From an uncultured Armatimonadales bacterium (lineage in GTDB: Bacteria > Armatimonadota > Armatimonadia > Armatimonadales > Capsulimonadaceae), in NCBI GenBank assembly GCA_964251675.1, contig CAXUKS010000011.1:15177-79176 (forward strand): a stretch of 64,000 nt of DNA, given 5' to 3'. The notes below the pieces were generated by a model. It saw only the letters and a list, made by a program, of their open reading frames with translations. It searched no databases and was not told the DNA's origin. Shown in pieces: positions 24,151 through 33,596 of this stretch (positions are counted from its first letter, which is position 1; every line of letters starts with the position of its first letter). Both the position numbers and the translations under genes were made by a program.

Positions 24151-24858
24151 ATGACGACTTTCGGCCATCCGCACCGGCACGTCGCCCGGTGCGACTCGAC
24201 CAGCGACCTCGCCCGCGACTGGGCGCGGGATCCGGACGACCCCGCCCTCTCCGGCGCGGTCGTCTCTACTGAATTCCAGTCACGCGGGCGCGGCCAGCGC
24301 GGGCGGGAGTGGGAAGCCGGGCCGGGCGAAAATGCCCTCCAATCGTTCGTCTATCGCCTGCCCGACGGCGCTCCTGCCGGGCCGCTTGGCCTCGTCGCCG
24401 CCGTTGCCGTGGCCGACGCCCTGACCGCGCTTGGCCTTGCGCCCGCGATTAAATGGCCGAATGACATCCTGCTCTCAGGCCGCAAGACGGCGGGCATACT
24501 GGTGGAAGCGTCCGGCCCGGTCGTTATTCTGGGCATCGGCATCAATGTCAACCAGACCGTGTTCGGCGGCGCGGCGGCGTTTGTGACCCCGCCGACCTCC
24601 CTGTGCCTTGAAGCAGGCCGCACGTTTGCCGTTGAAGACGTGCGCGAGGCGCTCTGCCGGGCACTCTCAGTATGGGAGAACAAGTGGCGGCAGGGCGGCT
24701 TTCCCCCTGTGCTGGAAGCCGCCCGACACCGGCTCGCCGTCGGTGCTGCCGTTCGGCGCGGGGCGGAAACAGCGACGCTGGCCGGGCTGGACGACGACGG
24801 CGCGGCCCGTGTCTGCCTGCCGACTGGAACTTTTGCCCGCTGGCAGACGTTAGACTAG
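24151..24858 (+). CDS. birA: biotin--[acetyl-CoA-carboxylase] ligase (group I, no HTH domain)
   Basis: GRGQRGREW motif, KWPNDILLSGRKTAGILVE. Confidence 0.85.
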   Translation: MTTFGHPHRHVARCDSTSDLARDWARDPDDPALSGAVVSTEFQSRGRGQRGREWEAGPGENALQSFVYRLPDGAPAGPLGLVAAVAVADALTALGLAPAIKWPNDILLSGRKTAGILVEASGPVVILGIGINVNQTVFGGAAAFVTPPTSLCLEAGRTFAVEDVREALCRALSVWENKWRQGGFPPVLEAARHRLAVGAAVRRGAETATLAGLDDDGAARVCLPTGTFARWQTLD

Positions 24859-24899
24859 AAGCCCAGCAGCGAGAGGCGCAATAAGCGGCGCAGATAGTG

Positions 24900-24905
24900 T
24901 ATAAT
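24900..24905 (+). promoter_or_regulatory. candidate -10 box TATAAT upstream of small membrane protein gene
   Basis: gtgTATAAT sits about 45 nt upstream of ATG 24952. No clear -35. Confidence 0.25.
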
Positions 24906-24951
24906 AACAGGACGGGCGGCGTTAAAAGCCGCCACGCAAAGGAAACTGGGT

Positions 24952-25176
24952 ATGCTGAAGTCTCGCTGGCTGAGTACCTTCACCGTCATCGGCGCGGTGC
25001 TGATTGTGCTTGGCATCGTTGGCCTGGTTTTCGGGCCAAAATTCATTTATGACCCCGGCCAGCCCGTCACCGGCAAAGAAGGTCTCTGCTACCTGGCCGT
25101 CGGCGTGCTTATGGTCATCAACGGCGTGATGACCCCGGCTCCGGCTGCCGAAAAGACCCCGGCCAAGCGGGAGTAA
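24952..25176 (+). CDS. small membrane protein (2 TM)
   Basis: 74 aa, aaggaa SD, two hydrophobic helices. Confidence 0.55.
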   Translation: MLKSRWLSTFTVIGAVLIVLGIVGLVFGPKFIYDPGQPVTGKEGLCYLAVGVLMVINGVMTPAPAAEKTPAKRE

Positions 25177-25203
25177 CTGTCCCGCACCTGACCACTCTTA
25201 TTG

Positions 25204-25357
25204 ACCGATCTTGTTGGCGTTGCTGCATAAATCCCATAGTCGTGGTTCAGAGTGCCGGGGGTATAAAATATCTTGAAACCCCCGGCATTAAGCTCAGCCG
25301 CCCTCCGGGCGGCACTCGGCACAAGAGCCTTTATGCAACAACACCGATCTTGTTTAC
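25204..25357. repeat. composite inverted-repeat element (outer IR ccgatcttgtt..gttgctgcataaa, inner family C hairpin)
   Basis: Outer arms at 25205..25231 and 25330..25354 are inverted copies. Inner gtgccgggggtataaaatatcttgaaacccccggca and gccgccctccgggcggc hairpins. The gttgctgcataa module also precedes C2 at about 20960. Confidence 0.7.
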
Positions 25358-25375
25358 TGAGGATTAACACGTCTT

Positions 25376-25636
25376 ATGCCATCGGAAGTCATACGCTGCA
25401 CCGACTGCGGAGCCATTTTCAAAGGCGTCCCGGCCTGGCTGTCCACGGCCAGCGTCAAATTTAGCTGCACCAACTGCCCCAAGCGGCCCTCCCGGCTTGC
25501 CCGCTTTGACGCCGCCCCCGCCGCGACACTCATCAAAGCCAAAGACGAGGACGACGACGATCTGGACGCCGTAGAAATCGAGGACCTCGACGACGACGCC
25601 GAGCCAGACCTCGAAGACGACGTCAAAGAGGAATAA
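25376..25636 (+). CDS. small zinc-ribbon protein with poly-acidic C-terminal tail
   Basis: 86 aa, gagga SD, CTDCG...CTNCP, then a D/E-rich tail. Followed by a terminator. Confidence 0.6.
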   Translation: MPSEVIRCTDCGAIFKGVPAWLSTASVKFSCTNCPKRPSRLARFDAAPAATLIKAKDEDDDDLDAVEIEDLDDDAEPDLEDDVKEE

Positions 25637-25649
25637 CCAGACCACAAAC

Positions 25650-25678
25650 AGCCCGGCGCATTTCGCGCCGGGCTTTTC
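25650..25678 (+). terminator. rho-independent terminator
   Basis: gcccggcgc-atttc-gcgccgggc followed by tttt. Confidence 0.75.
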
Positions 25679-25693
25679 TGTCTGCCCTATCCC

Positions 25694-26227
25694 ATGAACC
25701 GTATTTCCATTATTGGCACGACCGGCTCCGGCAAAAGCACTCTGGCGGCGCATCTTGCCCGCACTTTGGATGTCCCCTGCCTCGAGCTGGATGCGATCCA
25801 CTGGCAGCAGCCGGATTGGAACCCGATCAGCCGGGAGCAGTTCCAATCGGAAGTTGCCGAAGCGGTCCGCGCCGAGCGGTGGATCATCGAAGGCGGCTAT
25901 TCCATTGTCCGCCCCCAAATCTGGGCACATGCGGACACCGTAATCTGGCTGGACTACTCGTTTCCCGTCACCCTGAGCCGCCTCCTGCGCCGCACCACCC
26001 GCCGCATTCTCAGCCGCGAGCTTCTCTGGGGCAGCAATTACGAAACTCTGCAAATCGCCCTGTCCCGCGAGTCCATCCTGTGGTGGCTGCTGAAAACCTA
26101 CAAACCAAACCGCACCAAGTTCGCCGCCCAACTCGCACTCCCCGAAAGCCAGCATCTCCAAGTCCACCGCTTTTGCTCGCCCCGGCAGACCCAAGCCTGG
26201 CTTGAAAATCAAACGGCCCGGCGCTAA
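25694..26227 (+). CDS. P-loop NTPase, adenylate-kinase/topology-modulation (FlaR-like) family
   Basis: 177 aa. Walker A IIGTTGSGKST. Short kinase-like fold. Confidence 0.7.
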   Translation: MNRISIIGTTGSGKSTLAAHLARTLDVPCLELDAIHWQQPDWNPISREQFQSEVAEAVRAERWIIEGGYSIVRPQIWAHADTVIWLDYSFPVTLSRLLRRTTRRILSRELLWGSNYETLQIALSRESILWWLLKTYKPNRTKFAAQLALPESQHLQVHRFCSPRQTQAWLENQTARR

Positions 26228-26248
26228 AAGCGCCGGGCCGTTGATTTG
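26208..26248. terminator. bidirectional hairpin terminator between convergent genes
   Basis: aatcaaacggcccggcgc-taaaa-gcgccgggccgttgattt. The stop codon of the + gene lies in the loop. Confidence 0.6.
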
Positions 26249-26253
26249 TCTGC

Positions 26254-29200
26254 CTAATCCAGCGGCTCGGTTTCGCGGGCCGGATCGGCCTCCGCGCCCG
26301 CTTCCGCGCCGGGGGCACGCCCGCCGCCACGGCTGCCGCGTGGGCCGCCGTCATCGTCGCCATTTTTGGGACCGTCGCTGCCGCCATAAGCCAGTGCTTC
26401 AGTGGGGATCTGGCGATGCCAGACCACCCGGCCCAGCCAGTTGGCGAAATCGTCAAACAGCAGGTACACGCTCGGAATGACCAGCAAGGTCAGGAACGTG
26501 GACACGAGGACGCCGCCGACGACCGTGATACCCAGCGGCTGCCGGAAGCCCGCGCCGCGCCCCAGCGCCGCCGCCGTGGGCAGCGTCGCAAAGACAATGG
26601 CAAACGAGGTCATCAGAATAGGCCGCAGGCGGGTAGGAGCCGCTTCTAGAATGGCATCCAGCCGCTTGTAGCCGCGTCCCCGCAGGGTGTTGATATAGTC
26701 CACCATCAGGATGGCGTTCTTGGTGGCGATGCCGTTGAGCATAATGACGCCGATGGCCGTAATCAGCGAGAAGGGCGTCCCTGTCAGCAGCAGCGCAGCC
26801 AGCGCCCCGACCAGCGCCTGCGGCAGCGTCAGCATGACCGACAGCGGATACAGCATATTGTTGAACAGGGCCGCCATCAGCATATACGACAGAATGATCC
26901 CGAGCAAGACGGCCTGGATGAGATAGGGGAACTCATCCTGACTGGTCTGCGCGTCGCCGCCCCAGGTGTAGCTCACCTGTCCCAGCTGCCCCGCATCAGC
27001 CATCTTTTTCAGCTCCGGGTCAACGTTCTTGAACCGGACATTGTTGATTTGCGTGCCCGGCAGCAGGTAGGCCGAGACCGTCACCTGCCGCAGCCGGTTC
27101 AGCCGGTCCACGCGGGTCGGCCCGGCTCCCGTGGTGATGTTGGCGACATCCCCCAGCGGGATCGGATTGCCATTCTGGTAGCCGACTGGAATAGTTCCAA
27201 TCGTATAGATATCGTTCCGGTTTTGATTTGCCAGAATGACATTGATATTGTACTCGTTGGAGTCCTTTGGATCGCGGTACTGTGCCGTGATATTGCCCTG
27301 CAGCGCCGTAGACACTGTGGTTGCCACATCGCTGACGTTCAGGCCGTACTGCGCGGCACGGGTCCGGTCGAGGCGCACCTGGATCTCAGGCTGGCTGGCT
27401 TTGAATGAAATGTCGCTGCCATAGGTCCCCGGCGCCTTGTCCACCACGCCCCGCACGAGCGCAGCGGCATGGAGTATCTGCGTGAAGTCCGTGCCCACGA
27501 GGTTGATGGACAGCGGAGCGCCGCCGCCGCCGAAGCCGTTGACTTCGGACGCCTGGATTTTCAGGCTGCTGCCGTTGCCCGGCACGGTCTGAACAATCTT
27601 GCGGATCTTCTTGGCGACATCCGAGTCCGACTCATCGCGCAGCGTCTCTTCCCCGGAGTGCTTGTTCCAGAACTCGATCTTGTCCAGCGGCGCGGCCTTG
27701 TCGTACAGCGACACCTGAATCTGGGCAAACTGCGTGCCTGAGTCCCCCGATCCCGCACCGCCCGAAGCATTGCGCCCGACCACCGTTTGCAGGTACTTGA
27801 TGTCGCCATCCAGGCTTTTATCTGCCCGAATGCGCCGCTCAATCTCGTCCGTGATCGTCTTTGTGACCGTGAGCGAGGTTCCCGCCGGAGCCTGCACCGT
27901 CACCGAAACCAGGTTCTGGTCCTGCGCGGGCGAGAACCGGAAGCCCAGCTTGGGGAAGATCAGCATCACTGCCGCAACCAGTATCAGGTTGCCGACAATG
28001 ACGACCACCCAGGCCCGTTTCAGGAAGCCCCGCAAAATGTTCCGGTAGAAGTTCTCAAACTTGTGATAGCCCCGGTTGAACCAGCCCGCAAAGCCCGACT
28101 GCCCCTCACCGCTGCTTTCCAGTGACTCGCCCTTCTTGAACCAGCGCGAGGCCAGCATCGGGGTCAGGGTGAACGACACAAACAGCGAGATCAAAACGGC
28201 CACCGAGATGGAAACGCCGAAGGACCGGAAGAACTCGCCGATGATGCCGCCCATGAACGCAATCGGAATAAAGACAACGAGGTCCACGGCGGTCAGCGTC
28301 AGGGCCGCCAGACCGATCTCTGCCCGGCCCGTGATCGCCGCCTCGCGTGGCTCCTGTCCCAGCGCCAGGTGACGCGAGATGTTTTCAATGACGACAATAG
28401 AGTCGTCAATCAGAATGCCAATCGCCAGCGACAGTCCCAGCAGCGTCAGCGAGTTCAGCGTAAAGCCAAACGCCGCAATGGGCAGAAACGTGGCGATGAC
28501 GCAGACCGGGATGGCGATAGCAACAATGATCGTGGCCCGCAGGTTATGCAGGAAAAGGAACACGATCATAACAGCCAGCAGTGCCCCCAGGAACAGCGAT
28601 ACGACCACGTCTTTCAGGTTGTCCCGAACGTTAGTGGAGTCGTCGCGTGTGACCACAAAGCTGACATCGCTCGGCAGGAACTTCTTGACTGCGATGAGCT
28701 GTGCTTTGACGCCGTCAGTGGCTTTAAGCGTGTTGCCGTCACTGGTCTTCTGGATCGTCAGCGTGACCGAATCCTGCCCGTCCAGCGTGCTTTCAACCGT
28801 CCTTTCGACTGTTGTGTCGCTGACGGTGGCAATATCCGCAATCTGCACGGTCTGCCCGCTGCTGCCCTCGGTGGGCGCGGCGTCAGGGTTCTTCGGCAGG
28901 GAGATGGTCAGGTCTTTTAGCTCCTGCACCGAGGCGAACTCGCCCAGAAACCGGATGGACGAATACTTCGTGCTGGTCTGAATGTAGCCTGCGGAGACGT
29001 TCTGGTTGGCATTCTCAATAATCGTGGCAAGCTGCCCGATGGTCAAGCCGTAAGCGGCTAGGCGGTCCGCACGGACCGCCACCCGGATTTCCCGCTGTTC
29101 GCCGCCGGTGACGTTCACCGCCGACACGTCAGGAGCCTGCTGGAGCCGCTCCGAGACGATGTTGTCGGCCAGAACGCGCAGGTCACGCGGGCTTTCGTTG

Positions 29201-29634
29201 CCCTTCATGGCAATATACATGACTGGCTGCGACGAGTTATCCTGCTTGGCAACACTCGGGCTGTCGGCATTGACGGGAAGACGCCTGCGAACCGCATCCA
29301 CCTTCTGCCGCACATCCGCCGCCGCCGTATCCAGGTTGGTCCCGAAGAAGAACGTGCAGCGCACGACCGAGACGCCCGACTGGGAAGTCGAGTCAATTTG
29401 TTTCAGGCCGCTGACGCCGCTGATCGAGTCCTCAATCGGCTTCGTGATCAGCGTTTCCATTTCCTGTGGGTTGGTTCCGGCGTAGGTAGTGTTGACCGAA
29501 ACGACTGGAAAGTCAACTTTCGGGTTCAGCTCTGCCGGCAGTGTCAGGTAGCTGACAAAGCCCAGCACCAGAAACGCCGCCACTATCATTAAAATCGCAA
29601 TCGGGCGGCTGATCGCCAGTTTTGTGACACCCAT
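26254..29634 (-). CDS. RND efflux transporter permease (AcrB/HAE1-like)
   Basis: 1126 aa, 12-TM RND layout with two large periplasmic loops. An extra Gly/Arg/Asp-rich C-terminal tail. Confidence 0.93.
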   Translation of the reverse strand: MGVTKLAISRPIAILMIVAAFLVLGFVSYLTLPAELNPKVDFPVVSVNTTYAGTNPQEMETLITKPIEDSISGVSGLKQIDSTSQSGVSVVRCTFFFGTNLDTAAADVRQKVDAVRRRLPVNADSPSVAKQDNSSQPVMYIAMKGNESPRDLRVLADNIVSERLQQAPDVSAVNVTGGEQREIRVAVRADRLAAYGLTIGQLATIIENANQNVSAGYIQTSTKYSSIRFLGEFASVQELKDLTISLPKNPDAAPTEGSSGQTVQIADIATVSDTTVERTVESTLDGQDSVTLTIQKTSDGNTLKATDGVKAQLIAVKKFLPSDVSFVVTRDDSTNVRDNLKDVVVSLFLGALLAVMIVFLFLHNLRATIIVAIAIPVCVIATFLPIAAFGFTLNSLTLLGLSLAIGILIDDSIVVIENISRHLALGQEPREAAITGRAEIGLAALTLTAVDLVVFIPIAFMGGIIGEFFRSFGVSISVAVLISLFVSFTLTPMLASRWFKKGESLESSGEGQSGFAGWFNRGYHKFENFYRNILRGFLKRAWVVVIVGNLILVAAVMLIFPKLGFRFSPAQDQNLVSVTVQAPAGTSLTVTKTITDEIERRIRADKSLDGDIKYLQTVVGRNASGGAGSGDSGTQFAQIQVSLYDKAAPLDKIEFWNKHSGEETLRDESDSDVAKKIRKIVQTVPGNGSSLKIQASEVNGFGGGGAPLSINLVGTDFTQILHAAALVRGVVDKAPGTYGSDISFKASQPEIQVRLDRTRAAQYGLNVSDVATTVSTALQGNITAQYRDPKDSNEYNINVILANQNRNDIYTIGTIPVGYQNGNPIPLGDVANITTGAGPTRVDRLNRLRQVTVSAYLLPGTQINNVRFKNVDPELKKMADAGQLGQVSYTWGGDAQTSQDEFPYLIQAVLLGIILSYMLMAALFNNMLYPLSVMLTLPQALVGALAALLLTGTPFSLITAIGVIMLNGIATKNAILMVDYINTLRGRGYKRLDAILEAAPTRLRPILMTSFAIVFATLPTAAALGRGAGFRQPLGITVVGGVLVSTFLTLLVIPSVYLLFDDFANWLGRVVWHRQIPTEALAYGGSDGPKNGDDDGGPRGSRGGGRAPGAEAGAEADPARETEPLD

Positions 29635-29735
29635 AGTTTGTCCCTTGCTTCTCCGCTAACAGTGTTTTACACTGACCTGTTAGAAGCCACGGGTTGAAAC
29701 CCGAGGCTTCTGAAATGCTCCGCATAAAAAGTCCG

Positions 29736-31340
29736 CTACTGAGCCGCCTGTGCGCTGCGCTTGCCGCCGTCGACCGGAGCGCCGTCGGCGTCCACGACAG
29801 CAACCTTCTGACCTTTCTTGAGGCCCTGCTGGCCGACGATCACAATGGTCTGACCAGGCTGCAAGCCGCTGGTGATCTGCGCCTGTTTTTGGTTCTGAAT
29901 GCCGATTTTGACCGCCTGCGGCTGGGCCGTGTTGTCCGCGCCAATGATGATGACCTGCTGGGCCGCAGACTGGGTCCCGGCAGCGATTGTCTCGTTGCTG
30001 CTGGTGTTCGGCTGGAAGCCCTGGGTGCTGGCAAGCGGAACCAGCGCATTGGCGGGAACCAGCGTGGCATTGCGGGCCACCCGCGTCACGATACCGCCCC
30101 GCGCAAACATACCGGGGCGCAGCTCGCGGCCAGGGTCATTGATGCTGACGCGCAGGGAAAAGACCCGGTTCGCGGCGCTGGCCGCCGGGTAGACCGCGCT
30201 GACCCGCCCCGAATACTTGCGACCGGGCAGGGCATCTACCTGGACGCTGACCGGGTTGTTGAGGCTGATCCCGGCAAAGTCCGTCTCGCTGATGGTCGGC
30301 TCGTAGTAGACGCTGCCGAGGCCGACTATCCGCATCAGGTTCGTGCCAGGCGAAGCGATCTGCCCTGGTTCCACTTCACGGGCGGCGACGATGCCGTCAA
30401 TCGGCGACCGAATAAAGGCATTGGCGACCTGCTGCTGGTTGAAGGCCAGCGTCGCCTGCTGCTGCCGCACGGCGGCCTGCGCCTGCGTCACGGCGGCCTG
30501 CGCGGCGGCGATGTCCTCCTGCCGGACAGCGATCTGCTGCTGGTTGGCGATGGCGGTTTGCAGATTGGCCTGCTGCTGCTGAAGCTGGGCAAGCGCGGCG
30601 GCCACATCTTCGGTCTGGGCACCGGCTTCCGTCAGCGACAGTGCCTGCTGCGCGTTCCTGTAAGTCTGCTCCTGGACCGTGTAGTTGGTTTGTGCGGTAT
30701 CCAAATCGGCTTTGGCAAGTGCGCCCTGCGCGAAGAGGGTCTTGTTGCGTGTCAGGATAGTCTGGGCGTTGTCCAGATTGGCTTTGGCGAGCAGGACCTG
30801 GCTCCGTCCCTGCAAAATCTGCTGCGGCCGGTTGCCGCCTTTGACCTTCTTGTAGTTCTGGCTGGCTGAGGCCACCTGTGCCCGTGCCTGGGCGACGGCC
30901 TGTTTGGCCGTCTGTACCTGAAGGGTGTAGTTCGTTCTCGCCTGGGACAGCTTTGCCTGGTTGGAGGCCACATTGGACTGCGCCTGGGCGACATTGGCCT
31001 GCGCCTGCCGGACATTGGCCTCAAGGTCCGTCGTGTCCTGCTGGGCCACGATCTGCCCGGCGCTGACTTTCTGCCCTTCCCGGAAGTTGACGGCGATGAT
31101 CCGGCCCGCCGCACGGGCGGAAAGCTGCACATCCTGCAGCGCCTGAATGTTACCGGTGACGGGCACGGTCTGGGTGATGGTTCCGGTCTGCACCGTCGCC
31201 ACCTGCACTGGGACAGCCCCGCCGGGAGCGCCGACGCCGGGCGGTCCGGTCTTCGCTTCTTTTTTGCCGCAGCCTGCGCCCATCAGGGAGCCGGTCAAAA
31301 CTATGCCCGCAAGCAGCGCGGGCTGGAAATGGAATTTCAT
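29736..31340 (-). CDS. RND efflux periplasmic adaptor (MFP) lipoprotein with very long coiled-coil hairpin
   Basis: Start at ATG 31340 (MKFHFQPALLAGIVLTGSLMGAGC lipobox). The longer ORF to 31796 would overlap the OMF gene. Lipoyl/beta-barrel segments flank about 230 aa of Q/A-rich coiled coil. Confidence 0.88.
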   Translation of the reverse strand: MKFHFQPALLAGIVLTGSLMGAGCGKKEAKTGPPGVGAPGGAVPVQVATVQTGTITQTVPVTGNIQALQDVQLSARAAGRIIAVNFREGQKVSAGQIVAQQDTTDLEANVRQAQANVAQAQSNVASNQAKLSQARTNYTLQVQTAKQAVAQARAQVASASQNYKKVKGGNRPQQILQGRSQVLLAKANLDNAQTILTRNKTLFAQGALAKADLDTAQTNYTVQEQTYRNAQQALSLTEAGAQTEDVAAALAQLQQQQANLQTAIANQQQIAVRQEDIAAAQAAVTQAQAAVRQQQATLAFNQQQVANAFIRSPIDGIVAAREVEPGQIASPGTNLMRIVGLGSVYYEPTISETDFAGISLNNPVSVQVDALPGRKYSGRVSAVYPAASAANRVFSLRVSINDPGRELRPGMFARGGIVTRVARNATLVPANALVPLASTQGFQPNTSSNETIAAGTQSAAQQVIIIGADNTAQPQAVKIGIQNQKQAQITSGLQPGQTIVIVGQQGLKKGQKVAVVDADGAPVDGGKRSAQAAQ

Positions 31341-31362
31341 GCTTCTTTGGTGTTTCTTTGTC

Positions 31363-33306
31363 CTAGCGTCCGCCAACGGCGCGGGTGAGCTGCGCCAGAG
31401 AGGTTTGATAGTCATACTGGGCATTGAGCAGATTACTTTGTGCCTGCGCGAGCTGCGCCTGGGCATTGACCACGTCCAGAATGGTTCCAATGCCGTTTTG
31501 GTAGCGCACATTGGCAAGGCGATAGGCTTCATCGGCGGTGGCTGCGCCAACCCCTGCCGAGGAAGCGCGGGTCTGGGCATCGTTGATGTTGGACAGCGCC
31601 TGCCGCACTTCCAGATCGACGTTGAGCCTGAGCTGGTCCCGTGTGATCTCCTGCGTCCGCAGGTCGGACTGGGCGGTGCGGACTTTGGCTTTGGTGGTCC
31701 CGCCGTCATAAAGCGGAATGCCGATGACCGCCGAAACGGCATAGGTCGTGTGCGTGTTGGTGGTGACAGGGCCAGCATAGCCGCCGGTTCCCACAATGCT
31801 CAGCGAGGGCAGCAGGCTCGCTCCGGCAATTTTGATCAGCCGCTGGGCAATCGTGATGTTGCGATCTGCCTGCTGCACTTCGGGCCGCCCAGTCAGCGCG
31901 GCGCGGGTGAGGGCAGTCCGGTCAAATGTCTGGGTGGTCGGCGGCAGGGTCGGCTCCTGAAGCGCAATCGGAGTGTCCTGGTTGAGACCAACAAGGTTGT
32001 TCAAGTTAGCCTGGGACAGCACAAGCGTATTGCGGGCCGACGATAGCTGCTGCTGGGCATTGGAAAGCGTCGTTTGCGCGGTCAGGACATCGTACCGCGC
32101 CGTCGCGCCTGCATCAAAGCGTGCCTGCGCGATCCGCACGCTTTCGGTGTCGGCGGCGACAAGCTGCTCATCCACCCGCACCTGCGCCTGATTACGCAGC
32201 ACGTTAAAGTACGTATTTTTAACTGACAGCGCCGTTTCGTTGGCAATCCGGTCCAGGTCGGTCAGGTAAAAGTCTCGTGTCAGCCGCTCCACATCCTGCG
32301 CGGCGGGCACAAGCTGGAAGATGTCAATGCCCTGGGTGACAGAGACACGGGCGCTGTAGTTGTTGTTGGAGCCGCCCTGGAAGTTATTGTTGAGTGTGCC
32401 GTTGCCAGGCGTCGTCCCCGTGCCGTCACCGTCCGCACGAGGCTGCCGCGCCTGAGAGGCGGCCACTGCATTTGAGCCATTGGCGGCGGGCGACGGCGCT
32501 CCGGCAGCCTGCGCGAGCTGCTGCATCATCGGCGGCAGGTCGGCAGCCTGCACCGAAGATTGCGCGGTGCGAATTTGCGCCGTTGGTCCGGTGGTTCCGA
32601 ATGTACTTCCAGTGGTGCCGGTGCTTCCCGGCGTGCCGCCGGTTCCGGTGGTCCCTGTCGTGCCTAACGTTCCCGTGGTCCCGGTCGTTCCCGTCGTGCC
32701 GCTGTTTCCGGTCGTCCCGGTGGTTCCGGAGCCGCCCACGGTTCCGGTCCCCTGCGGGGTTGTGCCGATAGAAGAGTTCGTACCGTCACTGCTGGTCCCG
32801 GTTCCGCCGCCGCCGCCGCCCGTGAAGCTGCTGGTCGTGCCGCCGCCCTGATCGGTAATGACGGGGATGACACCGCCGCCGGGCAGTGTGCCGGTGGTGT
32901 TGCCGCCGCCTGCCGCCGTGCCGAACGTCTTGGTGCTGGAAAGCGTGTCCACCAGGTCCAGCCGCACCTGCGGCAGCCCGCCTGCGTTGGCCTGATAGAT
33001 GAGCTGCTGGGCCTTGATGACCCGCTCCCGTGCAAGCTGCACGCTGGAATTGTTTTTCAGCGCCAGTCCCAGCACCTGATCCAGCGTCAATGTGCGTGCT
33101 GGTGTTGTGCCCGAAGGGGGGGCAATAGGCGAGGGCGGCAGCGGGGCAAGCGCAGGAATGGGAGCCGCCGTGGGGGCAGGCGCGGGAACTGGCGTGGGAA
33201 CTGGCGCGGTGGGTGTCTGCGCCGACACCTGAGCTGCGGGCAGCGAAAATAAAGCCAGGGTTGCCAGCGGAAAGAGGCTTATGGGCCGCCAGGAAAATCG
33301 TGTCAA
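31363..33306 (-). CDS. TolC-like outer membrane efflux protein with ~190-aa Gly/Thr-rich insertion
   Basis: 647 aa with a signal peptide. The two TolC repeats are recognisable (LTLDQVLGLALKNNSSVQLA..., YDVLTAQTTLSNAQQQL, YDYQTSLAQLTRAVG). The low-complexity block falls between the first pair of beta-strand segments. TTG start. Confidence 0.85.
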   Translation of the reverse strand: MTRFSWRPISLFPLATLALFSLPAAQVSAQTPTAPVPTPVPAPAPTAAPIPALAPLPPSPIAPPSGTTPARTLTLDQVLGLALKNNSSVQLARERVIKAQQLIYQANAGGLPQVRLDLVDTLSSTKTFGTAAGGGNTTGTLPGGGVIPVITDQGGGTTSSFTGGGGGGTGTSSDGTNSSIGTTPQGTGTVGGSGTTGTTGNSGTTGTTGTTGTLGTTGTTGTGGTPGSTGTTGSTFGTTGPTAQIRTAQSSVQAADLPPMMQQLAQAAGAPSPAANGSNAVAASQARQPRADGDGTGTTPGNGTLNNNFQGGSNNNYSARVSVTQGIDIFQLVPAAQDVERLTRDFYLTDLDRIANETALSVKNTYFNVLRNQAQVRVDEQLVAADTESVRIAQARFDAGATARYDVLTAQTTLSNAQQQLSSARNTLVLSQANLNNLVGLNQDTPIALQEPTLPPTTQTFDRTALTRAALTGRPEVQQADRNITIAQRLIKIAGASLLPSLSIVGTGGYAGPVTTNTHTTYAVSAVIGIPLYDGGTTKAKVRTAQSDLRTQEITRDQLRLNVDLEVRQALSNINDAQTRASSAGVGAATADEAYRLANVRYQNGIGTILDVVNAQAQLAQAQSNLLNAQYDYQTSLAQLTRAVGGR

Positions 33307-33596
33307 GAAGCTGTCTCCTCCGTCTTGCCGTTGTCTTGATGCCCGCTGTTTTGAATTTCGTGTTCCAAAGTTTGCAGGTCAGACAAAATAGTCGTCATAA
33401 ACTCACGCAGCGCCTCGATCTTGACCAGCATCAGCCCGCGCTCATGCGGGGCGCCCATAATAAGTATCTTGTCGCCGGTTTCAATGGCGTACTTTTTGCG
33501 AGCTTCCACGGGAATCACGATCTGGCCGCGCTCACCAACCGTTGCCGTGCCATAGAAATGGTCCTTCAAGCTGAATTCTTTGCCGGTCTTGCTCAT
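33303..33596 (-). CDS. AbrB/MazE/SpoVT-type DNA-binding protein
   Basis: 97 aa. VGERGQIVIPVEARKKYAIETGDKILI swapped-hairpin motif. Its stop overlaps the start of the OMF gene. Confidence 0.75.
   Translation of the reverse strand: MSKTGKEFSLKDHFYGTATVGERGQIVIPVEARKKYAIETGDKILIMGAPHERGLMLVKIEALREFMTTILSDLQTLEHEIQNSGHQDNGKTEETAS

Noticed and set aside
31341-31796. Longer version of the MFP ORF (start 31796), overlapping the end of the OMF gene by more than 430 nt.
   Set aside because: The internal ATG at 31340 gives a canonical lipoprotein signal peptide 22 nt after the OMF stop. The extension has antisense-like composition.
29694-32046. Plus-strand ORFs of 391 aa (29694..30869) and 299 aa (31147..32046) opposite the MFP and OMF genes.
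   Set aside because: They mirror the Q/A-rich coiled-coil codons (L/R/G-rich products). They have no start context and overlap well-supported efflux genes.
32394-32851. Pro/Val-rich plus-strand ORFs (PVVPVVPNVPVVPVVP...).
   Set aside because: This is the reverse-complement reading of the Gly/Thr-rich insertion in the TolC-like gene. It is not independent coding.
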